A DNA stretch of 64,000 nucleotides from Saprolegnia diclina VS20. Taxonomy: Eukaryota. Each line of letters starts with the position of its first letter. Position 1 is the stretch's first letter. The DNA lies in assembly GCF_000281045.1 (NCBI RefSeq), contig NW_008246075.1, positions 420,561 through 484,560 of the forward strand, written 5' to 3'. The notes beneath the pieces were generated by a model that did no database searches, had not been told where the DNA came from, and saw nothing but the letters and a program-made list of their open reading frames with translations. Shown here in pieces: positions 1 to 11,248 of this stretch. The position numbers and the translations under genes were made by a program.

Positions 1-55
1 GTGATTGGTCAAAATGCTGCGATTATGCAACGGAAGGGCCATAACACTCCTTGAA

Positions 56-156
56 GGGGGAATTTGCAAAAGGCGTCATGGCTTGGGTACCTTTCTGCAA
101 AATACGCAGATTTCTGCGAAACACGTCATGAATACGTCATGAACTCTTGTGAGCCC
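56..156 (+). repeat. Left TIR of MULE
   Basis: Reverse complement of 853-953. Confidence 0.95.
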
Positions 157-234
157 GCAAATTCCTCAAAATGAGTACACCATATATAACACTATTTCAT
201 AAACATGTAATAGAATTACTGTTTCGTTGTTGGC

Positions 235-585
235 GTGCTATCTTTCAAGCGTCGGGAGCAGGCTATCGCTTGGACCCAGCACCGTCTCAAGGTTACGCCG
301 CATGGCCAAGATCTTCTCGACGAAGCCAACAACGCGTCGGACGCATTTACCTGCAAGCGCGCGCTCGCCGATGTGGTCTACATGTCCGCTCCGAGAAATC
401 TCTGGCGCGTCGACATAGTCAAGTTTACGTGCACTTGCGCGCACAAGGTGCAGTACCGCACCCCATGTTGCCACTTGGTAGCGGCCCTCAAGTGCGTTGC
501 CAGCTACATCAAGATCTGTGAAGCGTTTGGTGACGAGTACAAGGTGGCGACGAACTTTGCGGCCACAGTAGGCCGCAAAGTTTAG
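235..585 (+). pseudogene. MULE transposase C-terminal fragment with SWIM zinc finger
   Basis: WRVDIVKFTCTC...PCCHLVAAL matches the CxC..CxH SWIM motif. No DDE core is present. Confidence 0.75.
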
Positions 586-852
586 TCGATGGCCCATCGA
601 CTACGAAGAAAATGTCGCCCCAAAATGCTCCCGTCGACGCGTCAAGAAGCGCAAGTGAGGCCCCAGTGGCGTGGCACGTAAGCGTAGCAAGGGAGAATAG
701 TTACCTTCACCACTACACTGGTGCATCTCTCCAAATACATAAGTTCATTCCCCTTCTATGTGTGCATCCATTCCACTTGACGTGCGACAGCAATGCGCAT
801 GCTGGACGACTTGTAAAAAATCGTCAAGTGCATTGCGATCGACTTGCCAGGT

Positions 853-953
853 GGGCTCACAAGAGTTCATGACGTATTCATGACGTGTTTCGCAGAAATC
901 TGCGTATTTTGCAGAAAGGTACCCAAGCCATGACGCCTTTTGCAAATTCCCCC
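853..953 (-). repeat. Right TIR of MULE
   Basis: Reverse complement of 56-156. Confidence 0.95.
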
Positions 954-1502
954 TCCTTGAAGTTGCCAATGTGAGGTGATGACCCTCGAGTCGGCAGAAT
1001 GTATAGGAATACCGCACGCAGAGTATTCATGGATTAGTGCCTACAAGAGCAATGTGGTCGATCGCAATGCCCGGTCTTACAGTGCTGTAGTTCAAAGATC
1101 GCAAGCGGCTTCCTACGACGGCACTCGACAAGCAAGTACGTCGACATCCCAGAAGTAAAGCTCACGACCACCAAGCGACTTGATACTCATGGCCACAACA
1201 GCATAAAGAATACGATCCCGTGCGTTCCCACTGCATGACATTGCCTGGATTCAACAGCGGGTGCGAGAGAGGAGGGGCTGGATACCCTTGGCTTTTCAGT
1301 AGATAGTCATTCTGTACTGCCTTTAGGTCAGAGATCGTCAACTTGCATAAAGACGCATCGAGGACGCTAGAAGAACTGTGTTTGCTGAGAGCGGACGGGA
1401 AGCGGGGCTGGCGAAAGACGAATCATGCGAGTGAAAGGTGGACCATGGGAGAGTTATTGAAAGAGTGTTAAATTGGTTAAAAATGGCGTCAGGGACGCAG
1501 AA

Positions 1503-2039
1503 TTAATGCAGCGCGATGCCAGCGATGCTGTTGCCGACGAGCACGAGCGTGCCAAAGACGCCAGCCATCCACGCGTACGCACGGTGGGGCTGGAGGCTGT
1601 TCGCATACGCAAACGTGTGCGCAACGCGGCCGACAGTGAAAATGACGATCGCCACGCTGTTCACGAGGGGGTTGCCACCCGAGTTGACGGCGGCCCACGC
1701 CGAGAGGAGGCCGATCGGGATGTTTTCGAGGTCGTTGCGCACGAGGCGCTCCCAGCGAAGGTCGGCTTCAATGGCGCGGTCCGACGGCGTCAGGTTCAAT
1801 GGCTTCTTCGTCTTGCTGTCGTCGTCCGTCTTGGCTTCGGCTTCGTGGCGCACGCCAAAGCTCTGCTTCTGGTTCTTCGGGTTCAAGTTGGTCAGGATCT
1901 GGTCCTCCGGCGGGCGCGTGCCTGCCGCGAAGCGCTTCCCGCCCTGAATCATCGTCGAGATGTAGAACTTGACCGTGAGGATCGCCGAGCACGCGATGAG
2001 CACCTTCGTGTCGTTGACCGATGCAAGCAATGCTGCCAT
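1503..2039 (-). CDS. MAPEG family membrane protein (microsomal GST / prostaglandin E synthase-like)
   Basis: RPPED and RLVRNDLENIP motifs, FTVGRVAHT, four hydrophobic helices. ATG at 2039. Confidence 0.88.
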   Translation of the reverse strand: MAALLASVNDTKVLIACSAILTVKFYISTMIQGGKRFAAGTRPPEDQILTNLNPKNQKQSFGVRHEAEAKTDDDSKTKKPLNLTPSDRAIEADLRWERLVRNDLENIPIGLLSAWAAVNSGGNPLVNSVAIVIFTVGRVAHTFAYANSLQPHRAYAWMAGVFGTLVLVGNSIAGIALH

Positions 2040-2757
2040 GTTGCTTAAGTCGAAAGAAGTGGAATGAGCTGACGTTGCGTGGCGCCACCGGCGGTTGACG
2101 CATCGCCGAGGATTTCCGTGGAACAAAGACAGGTATATCCGGATGACGCGACCGGATACGCTACATACAAAGCGAAAGATACTGGTGTGATTACCACCAA
2201 ATGGCGATTAGCTCACGTGTTGAGTCCAAAAGCTGAGCTGCCTAAACGAGCGCCGCGAACACTCGGAGGACACGCGAGACTTCTATGTGCTCGGCGCGCT
2301 GCGAAGCGAGCTCTCGACGTGCGCATTGACGGCACGGACGTGTAACGTCATCACATCATCCGCCTTCGACCTCGTTGCAATGCACGCAATAATGAGAGCG
2401 TGCGAGCCAACGTATCTCTTTCCGTGATATACCACGTCATACGCATTGGTGCAAGGCCCTTTTACACCTATTCTGACACTGCGCGTCACTTGGAGCGTCG
2501 CGTCATGGGTCTCGGCGACACTGTGCGCACCAGTTCTGTAGAGTGCAAGGAAGCTTGGCGTTGTACACCGCTGTGCGGGATAATGTACGACATGGTTTAC
2601 CCAGAGTAAACCCCCAGTTAACCCCAGGGACATTCCGCAGGTGGATCAAGCTTTGCCACCGCGCCACAACCGACGTGCTCCAACGCACCACAACAAACAC
2701 ATTATCCGTACATATACGGATAATGCGAGAGTTGGCAACGATTCGATTCGATTGGCG

Positions 2758-4488
2758 ATGGTCCACGTCAAGGTCGTGCTGCTCTGCAAAGGCCGTGGCG
2801 GTGACGCGGCGTCGTACCAGCCCCACCGAGACGAGAGCCAGTGGTGGAATCGGCGTGACGCGCTCGTTCGGTGCGTCTCGGCCTTTCTGCATGGCCCTTC
2901 CAGCGCCTACTGCACCAGCCGCGAGCTCGTGCTCGTGCACGACGAGGACTGGGCGCGCATGCACGTGACCAAAGGCGACGCGACGCCGTCCGAGTTTAAC
3001 GTTATCAGCGCGTGGCGCGATACGGCACAGCACGCGACGTCAGCGCCCAGCGCCGTCGCGTGCAAGCTTGTCCAGAGCGCGCTGCCCATCGCGGGTGCCG
3101 ACACGGTCGCGGCCATGGAGAGCAAGCGCGAAGTGCTCGAGCATCTGCAAAAGCACTGCGACATGGACTTTCTGCGCGGCCACCGCCTCAACAGCAAGCC
3201 CGACGTCGTCTTGCGCAAGACCAACAAGCAGGCGCTGCTGCGCGTCTGGGACGAGTGGACTGCAACCCATGGCACGACCGCCGCCTCCAAAAAAGACGTT
3301 GTGAAAGCCATTTTCCACGAGATGCTGCAGCCATGCGACGCTTCGATCAAGCGCGTGATCGCGGCCACGCTGCATGAGTCAAGCGATGCCGAGCTGCCAT
3401 GCTTCAACACTGACTTGGTGCCCGCCGACGACCCCAGCCTCCAGATTGTGCTCTTCCTCGGCGCCGTCCGGGACATGACGCCGACTGAAAACAACATACT
3501 TCAGCAGCTCTGCACCACGCAGAACATTGCGCTCACGGGTGTCCGGCTTGGCGCAGTGCCCGAGTTTACGAGCAAAATTCTCAGTGTCATTGCGTACCAC
3601 CAAGCCCGCGGCGTCCTCGGCCCCGCCCTCGAGCGCGCATGCGCCGCAGAGACAGAATCGCCCGCTGCCAAGCGACAAAAAACCACATCAACATCCGATG
3701 TCACGTCAGTGCCTGCCCATATGCACGTCGTCGCGGCCGTGCCCATGGCGTCATCCGGGGTCACCACCGACCTCGCGTCTCGGTCACAGGCGCTCTGGGC
3801 CATGGTGCGCCTCCTCGTCGTGACCTTGTGGCGGTCGCGCATTGCGTCGTCAGGCGCGGTGCCGCTCACAACCGCGCTGACGTTCATCTTTGAAGATGCC
3901 GTCGCGCTCACTCTCAAGCAGGACGAGCTCGTGACGGCCCTCGCCGAGCAACACCAGGCCGCGCCGAGCGAGTACCAGATCCTCCGTGCGCTGTGCCAGT
4001 ACCTTACGGCCGCGACACCTGACGCAGACTTTGCGTCCATGGCGTCGCGCCTTGTGGAAGCATCTACAATCGCGATCGACGTCTCGGCTGCTGCGGGTGA
4101 GCGCGGGCTCTACGAGGCGTTCTACACGACAGGAGCAGCTGGCGGTGCCGACGACACCACGCGCCTCCTCGTGCTCGTACCTTTGGCGCCAGCTCTTGCC
4201 GGTCACGACGCTGTCGTCGCTGCTTGCGCGCGTGCGAGCGTACCCCTTGTGAGCCAGTCGCTGCTGCCCTCGCGCGAGATGGCGCCGGCGTACGATGCAG
4301 AGGCTGCGGCGGTGACCATGCTGCAGCACCTTGTGTATCAGCAGCGCCTTGGATCTGCGTTGGCGTCGCTTGCGCCCAAGAAGCCAAAGAAGGAGAAGAA
4401 GGCCAAGAAGGAGAAGAAGACCGAGAAGGACAAGAAAGCCAAGAAGACCAAGAAGGAGGCGATAGATACCACGAGCGCGAAACCGTAG
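2758..4488 (+). CDS. Putative SPOUT-family RNA methyltransferase (TrmY/DUF358-like) with KKE-rich tail
   Basis: Long intronless ORF. RRDALVRCVSAFL, VLFLGAVRDMTPTE and VRLGAVPEFTSKILSVI resemble TrmY-type motifs. Lysine-rich C-terminus. Confidence 0.6.
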   Translation: MVHVKVVLLCKGRGGDAASYQPHRDESQWWNRRDALVRCVSAFLHGPSSAYCTSRELVLVHDEDWARMHVTKGDATPSEFNVISAWRDTAQHATSAPSAVACKLVQSALPIAGADTVAAMESKREVLEHLQKHCDMDFLRGHRLNSKPDVVLRKTNKQALLRVWDEWTATHGTTAASKKDVVKAIFHEMLQPCDASIKRVIAATLHESSDAELPCFNTDLVPADDPSLQIVLFLGAVRDMTPTENNILQQLCTTQNIALTGVRLGAVPEFTSKILSVIAYHQARGVLGPALERACAAETESPAAKRQKTTSTSDVTSVPAHMHVVAAVPMASSGVTTDLASRSQALWAMVRLLVVTLWRSRIASSGAVPLTTALTFIFEDAVALTLKQDELVTALAEQHQAAPSEYQILRALCQYLTAATPDADFASMASRLVEASTIAIDVSAAAGERGLYEAFYTTGAAGGADDTTRLLVLVPLAPALAGHDAVVAACARASVPLVSQSLLPSREMAPAYDAEAAAVTMLQHLVYQQRLGSALASLAPKKPKKEKKAKKEKKTEKDKKAKKTKKEAIDTTSAKP

Positions 4489-4722
4489 AAGCCTAAGTAG
4501 CTAAAATCTTGGCCTTTCGCAGAAAGAAACTGGTTGTGGCTGGACAGGGCGAGGCCGACAGTCGCTTGGTGTCGCACCGCGTCCTGGTCGGGCGAGACCT
4601 TTTTCTCGAAAGATCGCACTGTCCAGAGTCCCGCCTTCTACTGCAACGCAAGGATACTCTATAAAAATTAAAATTATCGACCCCAAATAATAGTATCATC
4701 TTCAACCGACGACGCCGAGAGC

Positions 4723-5766
4723 TTATTTGGTCGCCGACTTGGCTTTCACAGTCCGGTCGATGCGCATCTCGAGCGAGGACAAGGTTTCCGTCAGCGAGTT
4801 GAGCTGATCCGAGTGGTGGCCGAGCGTCTCAAACATAACGCCCTGCTGCGCCGCGAGCTGCTGCTGCGTCTCTGTCGTGCGAGCGAGGAGGTTCATGAGC
4901 ATGGCGCCCATGTTGGTCATTTCGCCGTTGTTACTGACCGCCGATGTCGCAAGGGACCGTTCGTCAGTGGCTGCACCAGGCACCGCAGCTACGAGCGCGC
5001 TTTCGGTGGGAGGAACTGTGGCCGCGATCGGCGACGAGGCCGGTGCAGGCTTGACGGGCGCAGGCGCCACGGTAGACGTAGGCGCCGAGACTGTCTTTGC
5101 CGGGGTCACATCTGCAGACATGCGGCGTTCGGGCTTGGCCGACGGCGAAGGCTCAGCCGCAGGCTGTGCGGACGGCAGGGACGAGCGGTGGGTCGTGGCC
5201 GGGGCAGGCGCAAGCGGAACGCCGTCGGGGGACTGCAGGCGTTCGTCAAGGTACTTCATGACCTTCGCGGCGATCTTCTGCAGCAACTTTGTCTCGCAGG
5301 CCGAGTGCGTCTTGACATCAAAGACAAAGACGGACCCGATGCAGACGTTGCGACTTGTCACGAGCGGCACGGCGGCGTAAAACTTGACGGACGACGCGCG
5401 GGTCACGAGCGGGTTGTTCTTGAAGCGCTCATCCTGGGTCGTGTCGAGCACGACAACGGCGCTTCTTGGGTTCATAATCGTATGTGCACAGAGCGCCACG
5501 TCACGCGGAATCGCGGCCTGCGTCAGGCCCGAGTTGGCCTTGAACCACTGCTTGGTGCGGTCAATGAAGCTCACGGCCGAGATCGGGCATTTCATCTCTT
5601 TGCACGCAATACGGCAGAGCTTGTTGAAGCGCTCTTCCTGCGGCGTGTCGAGGATCTGGTAGCGCTCGAGCTCCGAGAGGCGCAGCTCTTCGTCCTTGGG
5701 CACGGGCGCCCGGGGCCACGGGTGGTCCCAGCTAAAGTCCAGGTCGTATCCATACGAGTTCACCAT
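4723..5766 (-). CDS. GAF domain protein with Pro/Ala linker and C-terminal coiled coil
   Basis: P..EELRLSELERYQILDTPQEERF, CAHTI, DERFKNNPLV and FYAAVPL are GAF signatures. Confidence 0.9.
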   Translation of the reverse strand: MVNSYGYDLDFSWDHPWPRAPVPKDEELRLSELERYQILDTPQEERFNKLCRIACKEMKCPISAVSFIDRTKQWFKANSGLTQAAIPRDVALCAHTIMNPRSAVVVLDTTQDERFKNNPLVTRASSVKFYAAVPLVTSRNVCIGSVFVFDVKTHSACETKLLQKIAAKVMKYLDERLQSPDGVPLAPAPATTHRSSLPSAQPAAEPSPSAKPERRMSADVTPAKTVSAPTSTVAPAPVKPAPASSPIAATVPPTESALVAAVPGAATDERSLATSAVSNNGEMTNMGAMLMNLLARTTETQQQLAAQQGVMFETLGHHSDQLNSLTETLSSLEMRIDRTVKAKSATK

Positions 5767-5779
5767 CGCAAAAGCCAGT

Positions 5780-5795
5780 CAATTTCGGAAGTGAA
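5780..5795 (-). promoter_or_regulatory. Oomycete Inr/FPR core promoter-like motif (GAF gene)
   Basis: TTCACTTCCGAAATTG just upstream of the ATG at 5766. Confidence 0.55.
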
Positions 5796-6494
5796 CAGCA
5801 GAGGCTCATGGTTTGCGAGTTTTATATCGAGTTTCAAGGTGCCAGCTGTGTAATGGTATGAGCGGGAGTGACTTACGCTGGAACCTCACCGATCAATTCC
5901 CACTTGCCGTTTGTATTCAAATCCACGAATTTTATTTGACGCCCGCGGCCCCAATCCAGACACTGTCTACGGTGGCATTGAGGCTCCAAGAACTGATGGC
6001 CGCAGGCTTTTCGCGAAACATCCGGATACCCCGGGGCAGGGAGCGCGGGGTCTTTGCCGCTGCGTTGTAGACACTGGCGACAAGTACCATGGCGGCGCGC
6101 CATCCATGACGTGGACCAAGGTCGTATAGTACGCGGCAATCCATAGAGACAAGACTGTCCGAAGAGCAGTCGTGTCGCGGATGATCTCCTGAGAAACGGG
6201 TTCGTACGTCCAGTGGATCGGAAATTGTTCGTGTCAAGACTCTGTATTATGACGTCCGGGAGGACGAACGCCAAACGGCAATCTCGCTCATACAGCGCGG
6301 CCGGCTCTCTGCGATCAGATCGCGCTCACGCAAGGATGTACGAAGTATGTAGAGCATGTAGAGTGCCCTGCTTCAAACAGGTGGCGCGGCTTGGACTTGC
6401 CGCCAGCTGGACAATGAGCGTTTTAGCCCTGTGCGCCGCAGGTCAAGAAGCAGTGTATCATCCAGTGTACTAGTATGTCATCTATAAATACACG

Positions 6495-8187
6495 ATGCAG
6501 CCCGGGCACTGGAAGCGTCAACAGCAGCGCGAGTACGCCCAAGGTGCTGACGTCGACGCAAGGTGCCTCTACGATTTGCGTTAGCGCTCGACGACCAAAT
6601 CAGAGCGCGCGGGGCACCGAGGGCCACTGTGCTGTCGCCGACGAAGCGCGACCCGTTGCACGTCAAGCTTCCGCACTTGTGAGTACTACACGCAACATCC
6701 CACTCACGGCATCGAGACGCAAGTGTCATTGAGGTGACGCACGGTGCTACATATAGGCCACTCGTTACCGCGTCCGGCCTTCCGTCGCCCACCACCAAGC
6801 TTGACGAGCACGCGTGGTGCGCGCAGCTGCAGAGTGACTTGCGCCAGCAAATGGCTGTGTTGGCCGACGATTTCCAACTGGTATGTACTCGTAGCGTGCG
6901 GTGCTGCAAAGAGCCGAGCCTATTAGAGACAGTGCGATTGTCTGCATTAGAAACACGCATTAGTGCTCGAGCGCGTCAGCGCGCTGGAGCGACGGGTCGC
7001 TAGCGACCCTGGACGCAACGACGGTGACGACCACATGGCGGTCGCCTTGCAGGCAAGATTGATTTCTTGGATCTTCTTCCTCTCATCTTCGGCTGTAGAC
7101 GCGCACGCACGTCACCACGCTTCTCCAAAGGCTCCACGAGCGAATGGCGACAATCGAGTCGAAGCTCCCGACGCGCGGGCAGACGGCGGACGACGTCGAG
7201 CGCTGGGCTGCCGATGTCGAGCACCGGCTACTAACTACGTTGCGCGACACGCTCCAGTGCCGCGACCGGCTCCAGGACGAGCACCGCGAGACGAACGTCG
7301 TCTTGGGTCAGCTCACGACCGAGAGCCTTGCCCGCGTCTACGAGGTGAGCCAGTCTCGGATCCAAGCACTGGAAAGCCAGCTCTTGGTACGTTGTGTCCT
7401 TCCATCACCAAAACACCCCCACCTGCAACTAGACGGACCGCCGCGAACGCAGTACGTTCGAAGAGGCTTGCCACATGCAGTGGCAGCAGCTGCACATGGC
7501 CGTCGAGCTCATCAAGTCCCAATGCGACGCCTGCGAGAAGACGGAGCATCTCCGGACGGCGAAATGGATGGACGCACAAGCCGTCCGCGCTGCCAACGAG
7601 TGGCGGCAATGCCACGCTCACATCGCGCAAGTCTCCGAGTCTGTCGACGTCCACGTGCAGGTAGCACGATCGCTCAGGTGCAGCGCATCGTCATGTACAC
7701 GACGCAGGCATTGCAAGCGCAATGGCGCGAGCAGGCGAGTCGCACCGAGGTCGTCCTCGCCAATCTGGAAAAAGTTGTCGCAGCGGAGATCCAAAAGCGA
7801 TCGCGGGATATGGCTGAGCTACAGGCGTCGCGTCAAGCGAGTTTGGAGAAGCTTCATGCGCAGTGGACGGCCGAGGCGGCGACGCGGTGGCAGCCCTATG
7901 TGAGTGCCATCTCAAGCCTCGAGACACAAATCAAGGCCCTGGACGCAGCCCATTTCCGCGCAGCGTCGCTAGACGGACGACTGGCCGACCAGCAGCAAGC
8001 GTTCGTTCTCGCCCAGCAAGATGCGCTCAGTCGCCTTCAGATGAGCCTGGAGGCGCGTTTATGGCAGGTCGAAGCGCTCGCCAAGGCGTCCTCCCGCGAG
8101 ACCCAGCAGCTGCAAGTGCAATTGCGAGGTCTTCTGAGCGAAAGGGCGCCAAACTGCTTCGACCAAGTCTCGTCAACATCAACATGA
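6495..8187 (+). CDS. Hypothetical multi-exon coiled-coil protein
   Basis: Successive Q/E/L-rich ORF segments (6734-7003, 7144-8187, 7475-) separated by short GT..AG introns. Start is uncertain. Confidence 0.55.
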
Positions 8188-8799
8188 CCGCACGTTGAAT
8201 TGTTGAAAATTGAATTTACAATTTTAAAAATTGCTGCAAAATTGTGCTAGCTGACGATGCAGACGATGCAGACGATCCAAGATAGCGGCGAGTACGGGTC
8301 ACTGGGCTCCACTGATGATGCGGAGGACAGCATCGGTATCAAGATCCGAATGTTCGTCAATGATCAACCAAGCCATCGCGTATGAGACCTCTGCGTTGAC
8401 GCAACCGACTAGCACGTGTCATCCATGCTGACGCGATGTACCGCGAACCTGGCCGAAGGTATCGTCCTATCGTCATGTACGTTCTTGGTAGTACGAAGCA
8501 CGAACGCATTGCTTGGTGATCTCGTGCTGGACACGACGGACGATCTACGATTAGTAGCTAGCTCGGTGACCTAGCTCCAGCTCGTACTGTAGTCGAGAGT
8601 GTTGGATGGCGGCGAGGTGCCGACGACCTCTCGCAAGCCATCGTGTCCACGGGCCATAAACAAACACCGCGTCCCGCTTGCCCCTTCGGGTCGCGTGCCA
8701 CGTCATGGCGTGACGTCCAGCGCCGGATACGCAATCCACCAATCGGGCGCCGGCCTCCGGTATCCGGCTGGATCCGTTTTCTCGCACAACCAAATTAGC

Positions 8800-11079
8800 A
8801 TGCGACTTGGCGCAGGCGTCTTCGACATCACGGGCCCGGCGGCCGAGGTCGGCATGTTCGGCTACGCCAACCCGCAGCAGCTCACGACGGGCTTGCACAT
8901 GCGGCTGCGCGCCCGGGCCTTTGTCTTTGAGGAAGAAGACGGCCCAGCCTTCGCCTTTGTCAGCGTCGACACGGGCTGCATCACCGAGTCCGTCTCGCGC
9001 GCCGTCGCCCCGCGCCTCGACGCTCACGCGACGATTCCCAAGGGCATCTTCTCAACGGCCAACGTGCTGCTTAGCGCAACGCACACGCACTGCGCGCCGG
9101 GCGGCCTGTCGGAATTTCTCATCTACAGCATGCACCCGCCCTTGAAGGGCTTTGACAAGCAAGTAATGCCATCCTCTCGATGCGATACGTGCGTGACGAT
9201 GACTCTTAGAACTTTGAATGCATCGTGGGCGGCATCGTCGAGGCCATTGCGCGGGCGTACGCCAACCGCCAGCCCGGCGTCCTTCGTGTGGCCAAGGGCA
9301 CCTGCCTCGGCGCGTCCGTGAACCGGTCCATCGATGCGTACAACGCCAACCCAGCAGCTGAGCGCGCGCTGTACGAGCACGACACGGACAAGGAGATGGT
9401 TCTCTGGCGTCTCGACGGCCTCGACGGGTTCCCGATCGGCATGATCAACTGGTACGAGCTTCCTCTTTGCTTGCATTGTCGACGTCGCCGGGACTGTAGG
9501 TTTGCAGTGCATCCGACCAGCATGGGAAGCTGGTTCACGCTCATCACCGGCGACAACAAGGTACAATGTCTTTCGAGAACGCATCTAAAGCGCTTTCTAG
9601 GGGTATGCGGCGCACGCGTTTGAGCGCGAGCACGGCAACAACCACTTGCTCGACCGACCGCGCAGCTTCGTCGCCGCCTTTGCCCAGAGCAACGAAGGCG
9701 ACGTGAGCCCCAACATCTGCGGCCCGCGACACTGCGGCAACCAAACACAGGACTTTTCGCGCATGGTGCAAGTGGCCGAGGCGCAGCTCGCGACCGCGCG
9801 TCGGCTGTATGTCGAGGCCGCGTCGAGCCCGGCCATCGCCGGCTCCATCAAGTGCGTGCATCAGTACGTCGACTACAACGCGATTCCGCTCTCCGCCAAG
9901 TGGCACCAGTACAAGGAGTGCGCGCCGACGACGTCCCCCGGCTGCATTGGTGTCTCGATGCTCAGCGGCACGACCTTTGACGGCCGCGGCATCGCCATGA
10001 TCCCCGAAGGCCTCACGTGGAGCAGCGACAAGCACTGGCTCACGCTCGTGCCGCAGACGCAAGCCGAGCAAAAGGAGAAGGTCATCGCCTTTCCAACCGC
10101 ATCCTACGGCCTCTCCCCGTCCGTGCTGCCGCTGCAACTCGTCTCCATCGGCGACGCGCTCGCCCTCGCCGCTGTGCCGTTCGAGTTGACGACGATGGCC
10201 GGCCGCCGACTCCGGGCCACCCTCCGCGACGCATTGCCGGGCCACGACGTTGTCGTCGCTGGTCTTGCCAACGACTACTGCGGCTACATGACGACGCGCG
10301 AAGAGTACGCTGTCCAGCGCTACGAAGGAGCGTCGACCCACTTTGGGCCGAATCAGCTCGTCGCGACGCAGCAGCAGTTTGAGGTGCTCGCAGGCGCGCT
10401 TCTGCAGCGCAAAGCGCCGCCGACGTGTCCAGCTCCGGCGCATGGCTTCGTGACGACGACGCACTGGCACACACCGGTCGTCCAAGACTCGGTGCCAACC
10501 GGGTGCTCGTTTGGGGATCTTGTCTCGGATGTCCTTGACAGTGTGTACTACCCCGGTGACACAGTGCGCGCCACGTTTCACGCAGGGCACCCGAAGAACA
10601 ATCTGCGCACGCAAAGCACATTCCTTGAAGTCCACCGGTGGCGCGACGACCTCGGCGTATGGATCCTCGTGGCCGACGACAGCAGTGCCGACACGTTCTT
10701 CCGCTGGGCTCGTGTCGGTGTTTCGACGTCGCACGCGACCATCGAGTGGGTGGTGCCACCCGGGACACCGCCGGGGACGTACCGCTTAAAACACCACGGC
10801 GACTGCAAGCCCTCGTGGAGCCAAAAGGCGATTCTGTCATACGAAGGCTTCTCGAGTCCCTTTGGCGTGCAGCTGCGACCGACGACGCCGCTCCTCGTCG
10901 TGGCACCCGCCACGAAAGAAGCCGCCATCTCAACACCCAAAACAACACGCCTCATCGGCGGGGTCGCGTCACCGACGGCAGCCACGTCCAGCATCATCGG
11001 GTCGCCGATGCTGCTCAAGAAGCGCCGCACGACCATCCTGCTCGAGTCGGATATCACCAGACGAAATACCAGCATGTAG
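8800..11079 (+). CDS. Neutral/alkaline non-lysosomal ceramidase (spliced)
   Basis: DITGPAAEVGMFGYA, SATHTH, FAVHPTSM, SNEGDVSPN, YAVQRYEGASTHFGP. Three short introns between ~9160 and 9600. Confidence 0.95.
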
Positions 11080-11248
11080 CCAAAGACTAGTAGTGCTACT
11101 ACACGATGAGATCAAACTTGCTAAATCGCATTTTAAGAGTCCACGAAAGGGTCTGATGAGGGTTTGGTGTCGGGTGGGCAGAATGTGGAAATATGCAGGG
11201 AGGAGGTAGCCCGTTTCATCGCCCAAGGTCCTATTTTAGCTGCTCGAG

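Larger units (their letters stand above)
56..953. mobile_element. Non-autonomous Mutator-like (MULE) DNA transposon
   Basis: 101-bp terminal inverted repeats (56-156, 853-953) starting GGGGGAATTTGCAAAAGG. Flanking direct repeat TCCTTGAA at 48-55 and 954-961 (9 bp CTCCTTGAA if one C is assigned to the TSD). Internal SWIM zinc-finger remnant. Confidence 0.9.

Noticed and set aside
5813..6473. Short ORFs between the GAF gene and the coiled-coil gene
   Set aside because: No homology cues; likely divergent promoter region
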